A stretch of 64,000 nt of DNA. Source: Acidobacteriota bacterium. GTDB taxonomy: Bacteria; Acidobacteriota; Blastocatellia; Pyrinomonadales; Pyrinomonadaceae. A program made the position numbers and the translations under genes. The notes beneath the pieces were generated by a model that did no database searches, was not told the DNA's origin, and saw nothing but the letters and a program-made list of their open reading frames with translations. Shown one piece after another: positions 44,310 to 53,740 of the stretch. Each line of letters begins with the position of its first letter. Positions within the stretch are counted from its first letter, which is position 1. The stretch spans positions 8,167-72,166 of the forward strand of contig JBKOZZ010000025.1 in assembly GCA_046726155.1 (NCBI GenBank), given 5' to 3'.

Positions 44310-44401
44310 TGAGCGATTGTGATAAGTGATGAGTAAAAGACCCTGATGTCCGTCTGTGCTCATGATTCATCCCTCATTACTGATCACTCATCACTTTTTG
44401 A

Positions 44402-44941
44402 ATGCCTCAGCTTAAGATCGCGGCCGCTTTAGCAGTCGCCATAGTCCTGCAGTTGACCTTAGGGGGTGTTTGGCACCCGCTCTCATATATTGACTTTCCA
44501 CTGATTGTGGTTGTTTATATCGCCTTACAGCGCCATGCCTGGCAGGCGCTGATTGTTGGCACCATCGCGGGTCTCGCAATTGACGCGCCGAGCGGCGGGC
44601 TGATTGGGGCCGGTGGCTTTTCGAAAACGCTTACTGCGTACTTGATTTTCGTCGCCGCCACGCGAGTTAACCTTGAAAATCCGCTGCTGAGGATTCCGGT
44701 GCTGGCAACAGCTACCTTGATTGATTCAGCAGTATACTTTTTCTGGCATCGGTCGCTGGGCTACTCCCCGAGCGTGCCTTTTGTCCAGACGATGTCTTAC
44801 CGACTGATCGGGACGACGATCGTGGGAACGTTTGCTCTTTACCTGCTTGATTCACTTTTCACCGAACGGGCCCGGCAACGCCGGACATTTGCTTCGCGTC
44901 GAAAAGGTGCCCGGCGCGGAGCCAGCAAGCTCCGCAGATGA
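44402..44941 (+). CDS. mreD: Rod-shape-determining protein MreD
   Basis: A small polytopic membrane protein in the canonical position. Confidence 0.75.
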   Translation: MPQLKIAAALAVAIVLQLTLGGVWHPLSYIDFPLIVVVYIALQRHAWQALIVGTIAGLAIDAPSGGLIGAGGFSKTLTAYLIFVAATRVNLENPLLRIPVLATATLIDSAVYFFWHRSLGYSPSVPFVQTMSYRLIGTTIVGTFALYLLDSLFTERARQRRTFASRRKGARRGASKLRR

Positions 44942-44983
44942 GGAAAACGACCGAAGACGGACGACCGGTCAGTTATTGAGATC

Positions 44984-46939
44984 ATGAAATTCGAAGACAC
45001 CTCGCAAAACCTCCGTAGTCGGCTTTGGATTGTTCAGAGCTTCATCATTCTTCTGCTTGCGCTGCTGGGAGTCAGGCTCTATTACCTGCAACTCGTCCGC
45101 GGGCAGTACTACGCTGAGATAGCTCAAAATCAGCGCATCAGATTGTTGCCTATCCCCGCGCCGCGCGGAGACATATTGGCTAATGACGGTAAGACCGCAC
45201 TGGCTAACTCCAACCCGATCTACAACGTCATCCTGTCCCGAGAGGACCTGCGGGATCGCAAACTTATCTCCCTTGCCCAGCCACTCGCTGAGGCCCTGAG
45301 CGTTGACGGTGACACACTCCGTGACCGCTTCGAACAAATCGGCTCGCAACCGGCGTTTGAATCCATTTTGGTGAAACAGGACGCTACTCCCGGTGACATC
45401 GCGTGGGTGGAAGCACACGAATTGGAGTTTCCCGAGTTGCGGGTCGAACAGCAGCCCCAACGGCGCTATCCTGCCAGCGGCATGCTGGCCCATGTGCTGG
45501 GCTATGTTGGCGAGATTAGTCCGGAACAGTTGAAGCAACCCGCCTACAAAGACAAAGGGCTCAAGCCGGGCGATGTGATTGGACAGAGCGGGTTGGAGCA
45601 AATTTACGACGATTATCTCCGCGGCAAGGACGGCTACAGAAAAGTAATCGTTGACAGCCGCGGACGAATCCAGGACGAAATCGAGACCATCGCGCCGCAA
45701 CCCGGTCAGGATCTCGTTACCACAATCGATCTTGATTTGCAGAACGCCGCCGAGGAACAACTGCAGACGTCGGCCACCAAGCGCGGAGTTATTATCGCGC
45801 TAAATCCGAATAATGGTGAGATCCTCGCGCTCGCCTCGGCACCCACCTTCGATCCTAATCTCTTTTCGCGCATGGGTACCAAAGAAGGACGCGCTGAGTA
45901 TGTAGCCGTGCTGAATGATCCGCAAAAACCTTTGATCAATCGTGCTGTCCAAAGCCGCTATCCCCCGGGTTCCACCTGGAAGGTACCCATGGCCGTCGCC
46001 GGACTCGAGCAGGGTGCGATTACGCTCGACCATTCAAATCTTGTTTGCGGCGGCGGCATCTTGGTGGGAAACAAGTTCACGCGGTGCATGGGCAATCATG
46101 GTACCCCGGATCTCAAGGCAGCCATTACACACTCCTGCGACGGTTACTTTTATCGTTTGGGGTTGAAGATGGGTCTCGACGGTATCATGGCGATGGTCGA
46201 TGAGTTTGATTTGAACAAACGAACCGGAATCGATTTGCCAAACGAAGTTCTTAGCATGACGCCTTCCCGTGAACTTAAGAAACGCACGCAACCGGAGAAT
46301 TCCGAATGGAAAGACATCGATACGGTCTATGCCTCGTTCGGTCAGGTCTATGACGTCATCACTCCAATAGCTCTGCTCCGCACAGTCGCAGGCGTGGCTA
46401 ACGGTGGCAAGCTTTATGTGCCGCATCTGCTCAAGGAATTCAGGCCGGTCGGTGAAGCCGGCTCACCAGACTACCGGGCAAGTCGTACCTTCCACTCGCT
46501 CGACCCCTCACGGCCCAATCCGAAGGTTCTGCCTATTCCCGAAGAGATCGATCATCTCGTAGTCGAAGGAATGTGGGGCGTTGTTAACAACGGCGGCACC
46601 GGAGCCAGCATCCGCATGGCCGGTTTCGACATCGCCGGGAAGACTGGAACAGCCCAGGTTGTCGGTCTCGGGAAAGATGCCGGAAAAAACAAAGACCACT
46701 CGTGGTTTGTGTCCTACGCGCCGGCTTACAAACCCGAGATTGCGTTGGTAGCTTTGATAGAAAACTCAGGCTTCGGAAGTCAGCACGCTGCGCCTGCCGT
46801 CCGGCGCGTTTACGACGTTTATTACCGCAACACCCGACATGAAGAGCCGCCCGGCGCGTTACCTGTTGCCAAGACTCCCAAGCCGGAAATCAAAACTCCC
46901 AAAAAACAACCTGAAACGCAGGTCGCAAAGAATCAGTGA
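44984..46939 (+). CDS. mrdA: Penicillin-binding protein 2 (elongasome transpeptidase)
   Basis: Carries the SxxK motif (PGSTWKV), SxN (SCDGY as an S-x-D/N variant) and KTGT (GKTGTAQ). Begins RGDILANDG. Confidence 0.9.
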   Translation: MKFEDTSQNLRSRLWIVQSFIILLLALLGVRLYYLQLVRGQYYAEIAQNQRIRLLPIPAPRGDILANDGKTALANSNPIYNVILSREDLRDRKLISLAQPLAEALSVDGDTLRDRFEQIGSQPAFESILVKQDATPGDIAWVEAHELEFPELRVEQQPQRRYPASGMLAHVLGYVGEISPEQLKQPAYKDKGLKPGDVIGQSGLEQIYDDYLRGKDGYRKVIVDSRGRIQDEIETIAPQPGQDLVTTIDLDLQNAAEEQLQTSATKRGVIIALNPNNGEILALASAPTFDPNLFSRMGTKEGRAEYVAVLNDPQKPLINRAVQSRYPPGSTWKVPMAVAGLEQGAITLDHSNLVCGGGILVGNKFTRCMGNHGTPDLKAAITHSCDGYFYRLGLKMGLDGIMAMVDEFDLNKRTGIDLPNEVLSMTPSRELKKRTQPENSEWKDIDTVYASFGQVYDVITPIALLRTVAGVANGGKLYVPHLLKEFRPVGEAGSPDYRASRTFHSLDPSRPNPKVLPIPEEIDHLVVEGMWGVVNNGGTGASIRMAGFDIAGKTGTAQVVGLGKDAGKNKDHSWFVSYAPAYKPEIALVALIENSGFGSQHAAPAVRRVYDVYYRNTRHEEPPGALPVAKTPKPEIKTPKKQPETQVAKNQ

Positions 46940-46999
46940 AAGCCACCGATGACGAACGACCGGCAACGGTCTTCGGTTCTCGGTCTTCGGTCAGTTTCC

Positions 47000-48121
47000 A
47001 TGGTTGCAATAATTCAAAAACAAGGTCTGCGTGATTTCGACTGGCTGCTGGCGTTGATGGCAGTTGGCATCGTGTGTTTTGGCACTATCCAGATACGTAA
47101 TGCCCAGCCAACAGAAAACTTTTGGGTCAAGCAGCTTATCGGATTGGGGATTGCCGTTGTGGCAATGCTTCTGGTCGCCTTCAACGACTACCGTAAGTTA
47201 ATAAACATCGCTCCAGCGTTTTACGTCTTCGGCCTAGTGCTGCTGGTAATCGTCCTTGTTCCGGGAATTGGTTTGCGCATCAACGGCCAACGCGCCTGGA
47301 TCAAGGTTCCTGGGATAGGTCAATTTCAACCATCCGAGTTTGTAAAAGTAACGACTGCCATGATGCTGGCTCGTTATTTTGGCAGACATCGAGCGAGCGC
47401 GCTCAACCTGAAGGAGTTGGCGGTTGGTGGGCTGATTCTGGTCCTACCTATCTTTCTTATCCTGCTCGAACATGACGTCGGGTCAGTGCTGACGTACCTG
47501 CCAATTTTGGCGACCGTCATCTTTCTATCGGCCATAAGAATCCGTTACGTAGTTGTCGCCATCGTCCTTGGGATATTGCTGCTTCCCGCCGCTTACTGGG
47601 TAGGAGTGAAGACCCATATGGTGAAAAACTACCAGCAGGAACGCATCAATGTAATCCTCGATCCGGAAAACGCAGACCGCCGCGGCTTTGGTTATAACAC
47701 CTGGCAGTCGATCCTTACTGTAGGCGAAGGCGGACTGCTTGGCGCCGACACTTCCACCGCACACTCGCAGAGCAGTCTTAAATTCTTGCCGGAGCCGCAC
47801 ACTGATTTTATTTTCGCAGTGACGGCCGGTAATGCGGGATTTGTTGGCTGCGTCATGGTGTTGTTAGCTTACGTGATCTTACTTTCAAGAATGATCGCCG
47901 GGGCAAAACGAGCGCCCGATCGAATGGGGATGCTGGTAATCATGGCGATCGTCGGCGGCCTCACCTGTCAGATCTTCATTAACATTGGCATGGAGCTGGG
48001 TCTACTGCCGGTCATTGGCGTGCCGCTGCCTTTGATGAGTGCAGGCCTGGCTTCGCTGATCGCCACCTTCATCGCGATCGGCTTTGCAATCAGTGTTCAG
48101 TTGAGAAGATTTGTAAACTAG
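47000..48121 (+). CDS. rodA: SEDS glycosyltransferase RodA
   Basis: Contains FQPSEFVKV, the PEPHTDFIF motif and LPLMSAGL. I chose the start at ATG 47000 because the upstream 17 codons are encoded by a CTTCGGTC-type repeat. Confidence 0.9.
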   Translation: MVAIIQKQGLRDFDWLLALMAVGIVCFGTIQIRNAQPTENFWVKQLIGLGIAVVAMLLVAFNDYRKLINIAPAFYVFGLVLLVIVLVPGIGLRINGQRAWIKVPGIGQFQPSEFVKVTTAMMLARYFGRHRASALNLKELAVGGLILVLPIFLILLEHDVGSVLTYLPILATVIFLSAIRIRYVVVAIVLGILLLPAAYWVGVKTHMVKNYQQERINVILDPENADRRGFGYNTWQSILTVGEGGLLGADTSTAHSQSSLKFLPEPHTDFIFAVTAGNAGFVGCVMVLLAYVILLSRMIAGAKRAPDRMGMLVIMAIVGGLTCQIFINIGMELGLLPVIGVPLPLMSAGLASLIATFIAIGFAISVQLRRFVN

Positions 48122-48923
48122 ATTCTAGTCAGGCATGCATGCCATAAGCAGGTTACGCTACAGATTCGTTTCGCGTTTACAGCTCCTTCGGTTTATACTC
48201 GGCCCTGCTCGCCCCTACGGAGTTTTTCGTTTCAACCGCCAAACGCTCTTGAAACATACAAGCAGCACGACGGAAGCTCTCCTTCGAGCACCGTGCTCCC
48301 GACAAGCGAGTCCGATTTTTACGATTGTCCAATACAAGGACGTATCATTCAACTTTTACCGTGAGCCGTCGTGAGCCAAAGGGCTCAAAAAACGCGCGTG
48401 GGGGTCTTCGGATCCCATTGACATCCAGATAAAGTGCAAACAGGTCGCGAGCATATCCGATTACCTCGGGTGTTCTAAGCCTTCGCTCAATTGTGAGGCG
48501 CTCCCTGTGACAATTCTCTACTGGACACGCAAAGCGGCTAGTTAGGTTTGTTTTTGCTTAGTTCCAGCGACTGTCGCGTTCGGGACGATTTGGATCCAGA
48601 TTCAACTCAACCGGCGCGTTACCGACAACCGATTCATCACCGGCCAACGGGCAACTTATTTATGCCTCGGTCTCACCGCCGTCCGGTAATTACCATGGAA
48701 TCAATTCGCCGCAAGAGACACAAGTATCTTGCTAAACCGCTGCCGGCGCGCCTCGCTCTTCAGCTTGAAGCGCGCCCCACGCAATTTACAATTTTGAGTA
48801 ACGTCGCTCGCCAACTGAACACTCCATTACTCGCTAAACAAATTTGGAGTGTGGGAAGCTTTGAACTTCATGGTTCGGCTTTGAGATTAAGGGGCGGACG
48901 TTTCAGGAGACATCGAATACACA

Positions 48924-51704
48924 ATGGCTAAAGAATTAATCGTAAGCGTCAACGGACGTGAAAAGAAGATCGCAATCATCGAGAACGAAAAGGTGACCGA
49001 GTTTTACATTGAACGCGGCGAGGGCAACCAGGGAATCGTCGGCAACATTTATAAAGGGCGCGTCATGCGCGTATTGCCGGGAATGCAATCTGCGTTTGTT
49101 GACATCGGACTCGAGCGTGACGCGTTTCTCTATGTATCTGACTTCTTCGATGAGGAAGAGGAATTTGAGCGAATCGTCATTGATAAATCGCAGAAAGGTA
49201 ACGTCGAAGAAGCTCAACGTGTGGCGGCGGAGCAAATTGCTTTGGCCAGAGTCGAACGCGAACGCCACATTGACGCCGCCCATGATCGCGTGGAGCCGCT
49301 CGGCGAAATCGAGCTCCAGGGCGCGATGACGGACGAAGTTGAAGAGACCGAAGAATCAGCCACACAGCCAATGGAAGTGGCCGGTGAGGGTCCCGAGGGC
49401 GGCAAACGTCGCAGCCGGCGCGGGCGTCGTCGCCGTGGGGGCGGCAGAGAAGGCGTCGAAGCCAGTGAGGATGCCGCAGCTACGGCCAGAACGCGGATAA
49501 TGCCTGAGGACATTGATACTCCCTTCGTCGCGGCCGATCCATCGATTCTGAGAATAATCGATGAAGAGGAGACTGCGGCCACTGGTGAGATGTTCAAGGA
49601 CGCGCGACTTCAGGAACGGCTCTTCGATCAAATCCACGCCGGCGAGTTTAATCTCGAAGACGATTTTCGCACCGCCGAGGTGGGCTCAGTGATCTCGACC
49701 GTTGATTACAGCGGCGACGCGTTTCAGCGCATTGATGACGGCGACAATGCGGGCGCCGGTGAAGGCGCCACCCCGCGGACGCGCGAGCCAATCTCAGCCC
49801 GCATTGAAGGGTTCGTTGATGATGTGGACGAGAACCTCCTACGCGGCGGATCTTTTGAGCGCATAAGTGATGATGAAGCGGAAAGTATTAACGCCGCGAG
49901 CAGCCCAGCAGCAGCGCCGGCTGAAGCGGCGGAGAAGCAACCTCGCGAACGCGCCGGAACAAAGAAATCAAGAGTCGGAAAACTTCTCAGCAGCCTGGGC
50001 GCAAAAAAGAGACCCACTAAAAGATCGTCAACCAAGAAGCCTGCTAAAGAACTGGCGGCAGACGACACCGAGGCCGAGAGTGTGGTAACCGGCGACAACG
50101 TTACCGCGGAAGGTAGTTATTCAGATGCCGAAGCTAGTCTTGAAGGCAAAGGCTCCCGCGCTGAGTTTGCCACGCGGCGCGGTGGACGCCGGCGCCGCCG
50201 GTCCAATAAAGCGGCTAGTTCTGACACGGTAGTTTCCGACGCACTTCCTGAGGGTGAGCCGCCGGAGGCCAGCGACTCGGAGCCCGAAGTTTCAATCGAG
50301 TCGGCATTCGACCAACCTGAAATTACAGCGCCCGCCGTTTCGATAACACCATTTCGTGATAGCCGCGATAAACGCGATGGTCGTGATTCGCGGGACAACC
50401 GCGATTCACGCGATCGCGGTCGCGACGGACGTGGCGGCCAGCGAGGCTCCGGACGCCGTGATCGTCAACAACAGCCCACTATCACAGATCTCCTTCGCGA
50501 AGGACAGGAGATACTCGTCCAGATCGCCAAAGAGCCCATCGCCAAAAAGGGTGCGCGCATCACTTCGCATATTGCCCTGCCTGGCCGTTTCCTGGTTTAT
50601 ATGCCGACTGTGGAGCATGTAGGCGTTTCCAGAAAAATCGAATCAGACAGCGAACGCCAGCGTCTGCGCAAACTGATTACGCAAATCCGAGGCAGCGAAG
50701 AGATCCCATCGGGCGGGTTCATCGTGCGTACAGCAGGTGTAGGTATCAGCGAAGCTGAGTTACGCGAAGACGTTCGCTATCTGGTGCGGACCTGGCTCGA
50801 CATACGGGCCGCAGCCGAGAAATCGAAACCGGCGACTTTGGTTCATAAAGATCTGGATCTGGTGCAGCGCATTCTTCGCGATCAGTTGTCGGAAGACTTT
50901 GCCGCCATCCGTGTCGACTCGGAAGAGGAATACGAAGCCATTGTAGAGTTTATCAATCGCATCCAGCCGCGCATGGTAAAACGCGTGAAGCTTTACACTC
51001 GCGATCGACCAATCCTCGAAAGCTATGGCGTACAAGCTGAGATTGATAAGGCGATCAAACCGCGCGTGTGGCTCAAGTCGGGTGGTTATCTGGTAATTAA
51101 CCAGACAGAGGCGCTGGTCGCGATTGACGTTAACACCGGAAAATTCGTGGGCCGGGGCAGTGGCCGCCTCGAAGATACAATTACACGCACCAATCTCGAG
51201 GCTGTTGATGAAATCGTGCGACAGATTCGGTTGCGTGATCTGGGCGGCATCATTGTGCTCGACTTGATTGACATGGAAGAGCGACGGAATCGCACCCGAG
51301 TGATGGGGGCGTTGCAGGATGCGCTACGTAGCGATAAGTCGCCAACCAAGGTGCTTTCATTTAATGATTTTGGGCTGGTGATTATGACGCGCAAACGGGT
51401 GAAGCAGTCGCTTGAAAGAACGCTCTGCGCGCCTTGTAACTACTGCCAAGGAGCGGGATTGGTTAAATCGCCGCAGACAATTTGTTATGAACTGCTTGAG
51501 GAAGCGCGCACCTTGGGAAGAGCGATGAATGGCGACAAGAAGAACAAGCAGACGACGCTACGAATCCATCCCGAAGTCGCCAAGGCGTTGCGCAGCTCCG
51601 AACGAGATGTGTTGAATGAGATCGAGGAGTATCTCGGGCCGGTAGACATTAACAGCAGCGATCCGACGGTGCACCAGGAACAATTTGATTTTGCGTTTAT
51701 CTAA
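48924..51704 (+). CDS. rng: RNase E/G-family endoribonuclease with a ~430-aa low-complexity insertion inside the S1 domain
   Basis: The N-terminus reads GIVGNIYKGRVMRVLPGMQSAFVDIGLERDAFLYVSD. Homology resumes at ITDLLREGQEILVQIAKEPIAKKGARITSHIALPGRFLVYMP, followed by INQTEALVAIDVNTGKF, the DNase I-like/Zn-link region and CNYCQGAG. Confidence 0.9.
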   Translation: MAKELIVSVNGREKKIAIIENEKVTEFYIERGEGNQGIVGNIYKGRVMRVLPGMQSAFVDIGLERDAFLYVSDFFDEEEEFERIVIDKSQKGNVEEAQRVAAEQIALARVERERHIDAAHDRVEPLGEIELQGAMTDEVEETEESATQPMEVAGEGPEGGKRRSRRGRRRRGGGREGVEASEDAAATARTRIMPEDIDTPFVAADPSILRIIDEEETAATGEMFKDARLQERLFDQIHAGEFNLEDDFRTAEVGSVISTVDYSGDAFQRIDDGDNAGAGEGATPRTREPISARIEGFVDDVDENLLRGGSFERISDDEAESINAASSPAAAPAEAAEKQPRERAGTKKSRVGKLLSSLGAKKRPTKRSSTKKPAKELAADDTEAESVVTGDNVTAEGSYSDAEASLEGKGSRAEFATRRGGRRRRRSNKAASSDTVVSDALPEGEPPEASDSEPEVSIESAFDQPEITAPAVSITPFRDSRDKRDGRDSRDNRDSRDRGRDGRGGQRGSGRRDRQQQPTITDLLREGQEILVQIAKEPIAKKGARITSHIALPGRFLVYMPTVEHVGVSRKIESDSERQRLRKLITQIRGSEEIPSGGFIVRTAGVGISEAELREDVRYLVRTWLDIRAAAEKSKPATLVHKDLDLVQRILRDQLSEDFAAIRVDSEEEYEAIVEFINRIQPRMVKRVKLYTRDRPILESYGVQAEIDKAIKPRVWLKSGGYLVINQTEALVAIDVNTGKFVGRGSGRLEDTITRTNLEAVDEIVRQIRLRDLGGIIVLDLIDMEERRNRTRVMGALQDALRSDKSPTKVLSFNDFGLVIMTRKRVKQSLERTLCAPCNYCQGAGLVKSPQTICYELLEEARTLGRAMNGDKKNKQTTLRIHPEVAKALRSSERDVLNEIEEYLGPVDINSSDPTVHQEQFDFAFI

Positions 51705-51830
51705 AAGCTGGCTTGGAGTTTCGGGTTTCGAGTTTCGACTTTTGCTTCTGGGAGTCAGTTAGAACCTACAAAGCCGACATCCAAACTCTCAGCCCGGCGT
51801 TTTCGGAACTCGGAACTTGAAATTTTACCG

Positions 51831-52829
51831 ATGGGCAAAATAGGTAACATCTGGAAGACGATGCTGGCCGGCAGCGCCGGTATGGCTGCACTGGCGGCGC
51901 TCAATGCGACTATTCAACGGAACGCCAGCGAGCCTGACGATAGCGCGCTCGGTGGCGAAGCTCACTTCTTCCGCTGGAAACATGGGCGTGTTTTTTATAA
52001 GACTTCGGGCGCGGAGAACGCCGGGCCGCCGCTCGTTTTCATCCATGGCGTTGGTGCCGGCTCATCAAGCTTCATGTGGCGGAAGAATTTTGACGAGCTG
52101 GCAAAAGATTTCCGTGTTTATGCCTTCGACCTGCTCGGCTTCGGTTTTTCTGATAAACCTGCACTCGCTTCTTATTCTGCCGATCTCTACGTCGAACTGA
52201 TTACCGACTTCATTCGCGAAGTGTCAGGTTATCCCTCCAATGTGATTGCCAGCTCGCTGGGAGCCGCTTACGCGATTCGAGTGGCCGACGAACATCCCGA
52301 ACTAATCAACGCCATGGTACTCAACGGGCCTACCGGTTCTGATACATTGAACCGCCGCCCTGGTATGGCCGGCGCCGCCTTTTATGGACTGCTGCAATCG
52401 CCGGTGCTTGGTACGTCCTTCTACAATGTTATGGCAAGCGAACGAAGTATCCGGGACTACGCTCGCGAGAACCTGTTTTACGATCATCGACGCGTTACCG
52501 ATCGGCTGGTCGCTAGTCTCTACGCCACCAGCCACCAGCCTGGCGCGCAGCACGCAATCGCCGCGTTTCTGTCCGGCTATCTCAACATTGATACGCGATT
52601 GCCTTTCTCGCGCCTAACGCAACCGATCGTTTTGGTTTGGGGTAAACAGGACACAACGACGCCGCTCGAAATAGGCATCTCACTACGGGAGCTGAATCCG
52701 CGCGCGACTTTGGAAGTGTTTGACTATTGCCGGATGATGCCTGAACAGGAGCAGCCGGAGAAATTCAACGCTTTGGTTCGCGATACCTTTCTCGCTCGCT
52801 TGGCGGCCGCCGCCTCAGAATCGTTCTAA
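51831..52829 (+). CDS. Alpha/beta-fold hydrolase
   Basis: Has the oxyanion-region sequence LVFIHGVGAGSSSF and a nucleophile-elbow-like ASSLGAAYA. Confidence 0.75.
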   Translation: MGKIGNIWKTMLAGSAGMAALAALNATIQRNASEPDDSALGGEAHFFRWKHGRVFYKTSGAENAGPPLVFIHGVGAGSSSFMWRKNFDELAKDFRVYAFDLLGFGFSDKPALASYSADLYVELITDFIREVSGYPSNVIASSLGAAYAIRVADEHPELINAMVLNGPTGSDTLNRRPGMAGAAFYGLLQSPVLGTSFYNVMASERSIRDYARENLFYDHRRVTDRLVASLYATSHQPGAQHAIAAFLSGYLNIDTRLPFSRLTQPIVLVWGKQDTTTPLEIGISLRELNPRATLEVFDYCRMMPEQEQPEKFNALVRDTFLARLAAAASESF

Positions 52830-53026
52830 TTGTGCCCCCGGGTAGTTCAACAAAACAGACTGAGTTCCCCTGTTGTCCACGTTCTCAAGCTTCTTTTTCA
52901 GCCAGCCGCTTGGTCTACAAACTGCTTGCGTTGGTGAACAGCTATTGGGCGCGGGGGCAACTTGGGGGGGACAGTTCGTACTTAGGAAGTCGGCGTTCAG
53001 GCCGTCGGCGGGGGTCGATGGAGAGA

Positions 53027-53698
53027 CTAGCCTAAGAACGGCAAGGTCTGCAAACCTAAAAAATGATCTAAAAGTTCGGTGAGGGAGTTAAGAAAGATAT
53101 CCGGACGCTGGTTTTCTAATTTCCAACTCGTTGGATAAGCGCTGCGCACTCCGATCGTCAACATTCTTGCGCGTTTGCCCATCTCAATGTCCTCAGGACT
53201 GTCGCCGACATAGCACGATTCTTCCCGTGAACAGTCAAGCAGTCGCATTGCAGTCTCCAACCCCTCCGGGTGAGGTTTTTTGTTCTCCATCTGTTCATTG
53301 CAGATAACTATTTCTAACATACTCTCAAGGCCTAACTCCCTTACCTCACGAGATACTCGGCATTCACTGCCGCTGCTAACAACACCGAGTCGATAGCCCT
53401 TCCGCTTTAGTTCGTTGATCGTTTCCAGCGCGCCGGCTACGGGCTGGGCAGTTTGTTCGCCATAATGTTGTATCCAGAGTTCGTCAGCTTTCTGCCATTT
53501 CTCTTTAGGCAAACCCATCGCTTCATACACCGAATACCAATTCGGTGAGTAGACCGCGCGGTAGACCTCGTGATCAAAAGCAACGCCCAGCGCGGTAAAC
53601 GATTGCTCAAAGGCGATCAAGCCAAGGTGGGCGGAGTCGACCACCGTTCCATCCCAGTCGAAAAACAGAGTGTTGATGGACGATGGCTTGAGATTCAT
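53027..53698 (-). CDS. HAD-superfamily phosphatase (phosphoglycolate phosphatase-like)
   Basis: Carries motif I (FFDWDGTVVDS), motif II (VVSSGS) and motif IV (YVGDSPEDI). Confidence 0.8.
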   Translation of the reverse strand: MNLKPSSINTLFFDWDGTVVDSAHLGLIAFEQSFTALGVAFDHEVYRAVYSPNWYSVYEAMGLPKEKWQKADELWIQHYGEQTAQPVAGALETINELKRKGYRLGVVSSGSECRVSREVRELGLESMLEIVICNEQMENKKPHPEGLETAMRLLDCSREESCYVGDSPEDIEMGKRARMLTIGVRSAYPTSWKLENQRPDIFLNSLTELLDHFLGLQTLPFLG

Positions 53699-53740
53699 AA
53701 CGAGGACAGCTGGTCAGGAATTGGTGTAAGTTTCAAGGTC

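Noticed and set aside
44969-45760. 263-aa minus-strand ORF, the longest unassigned ORF in the track
   Set aside because: It lies entirely antisense to the well-supported PBP2 (mrdA) gene. It has no recognisable motifs and its composition is typical of a shadow frame.
48400-48545. Possible c-di-GMP-I (GEMM) riboswitch suggested by gtgcaaacagg and acgcaaagcgg
   Set aside because: The two blocks are ~85 nt apart, compared with ~25-30 nt in GEMM-I. The flanking tetraloop/receptor helices are not evident.
48548-48931. 127-aa TTG-initiated ORF in the rodA-rne gap
   Set aside because: It is Arg/His/Pro-rich and has no SD. It overlaps the rne start and contains no recognisable domain. I treat it as part of a non-coding leader.
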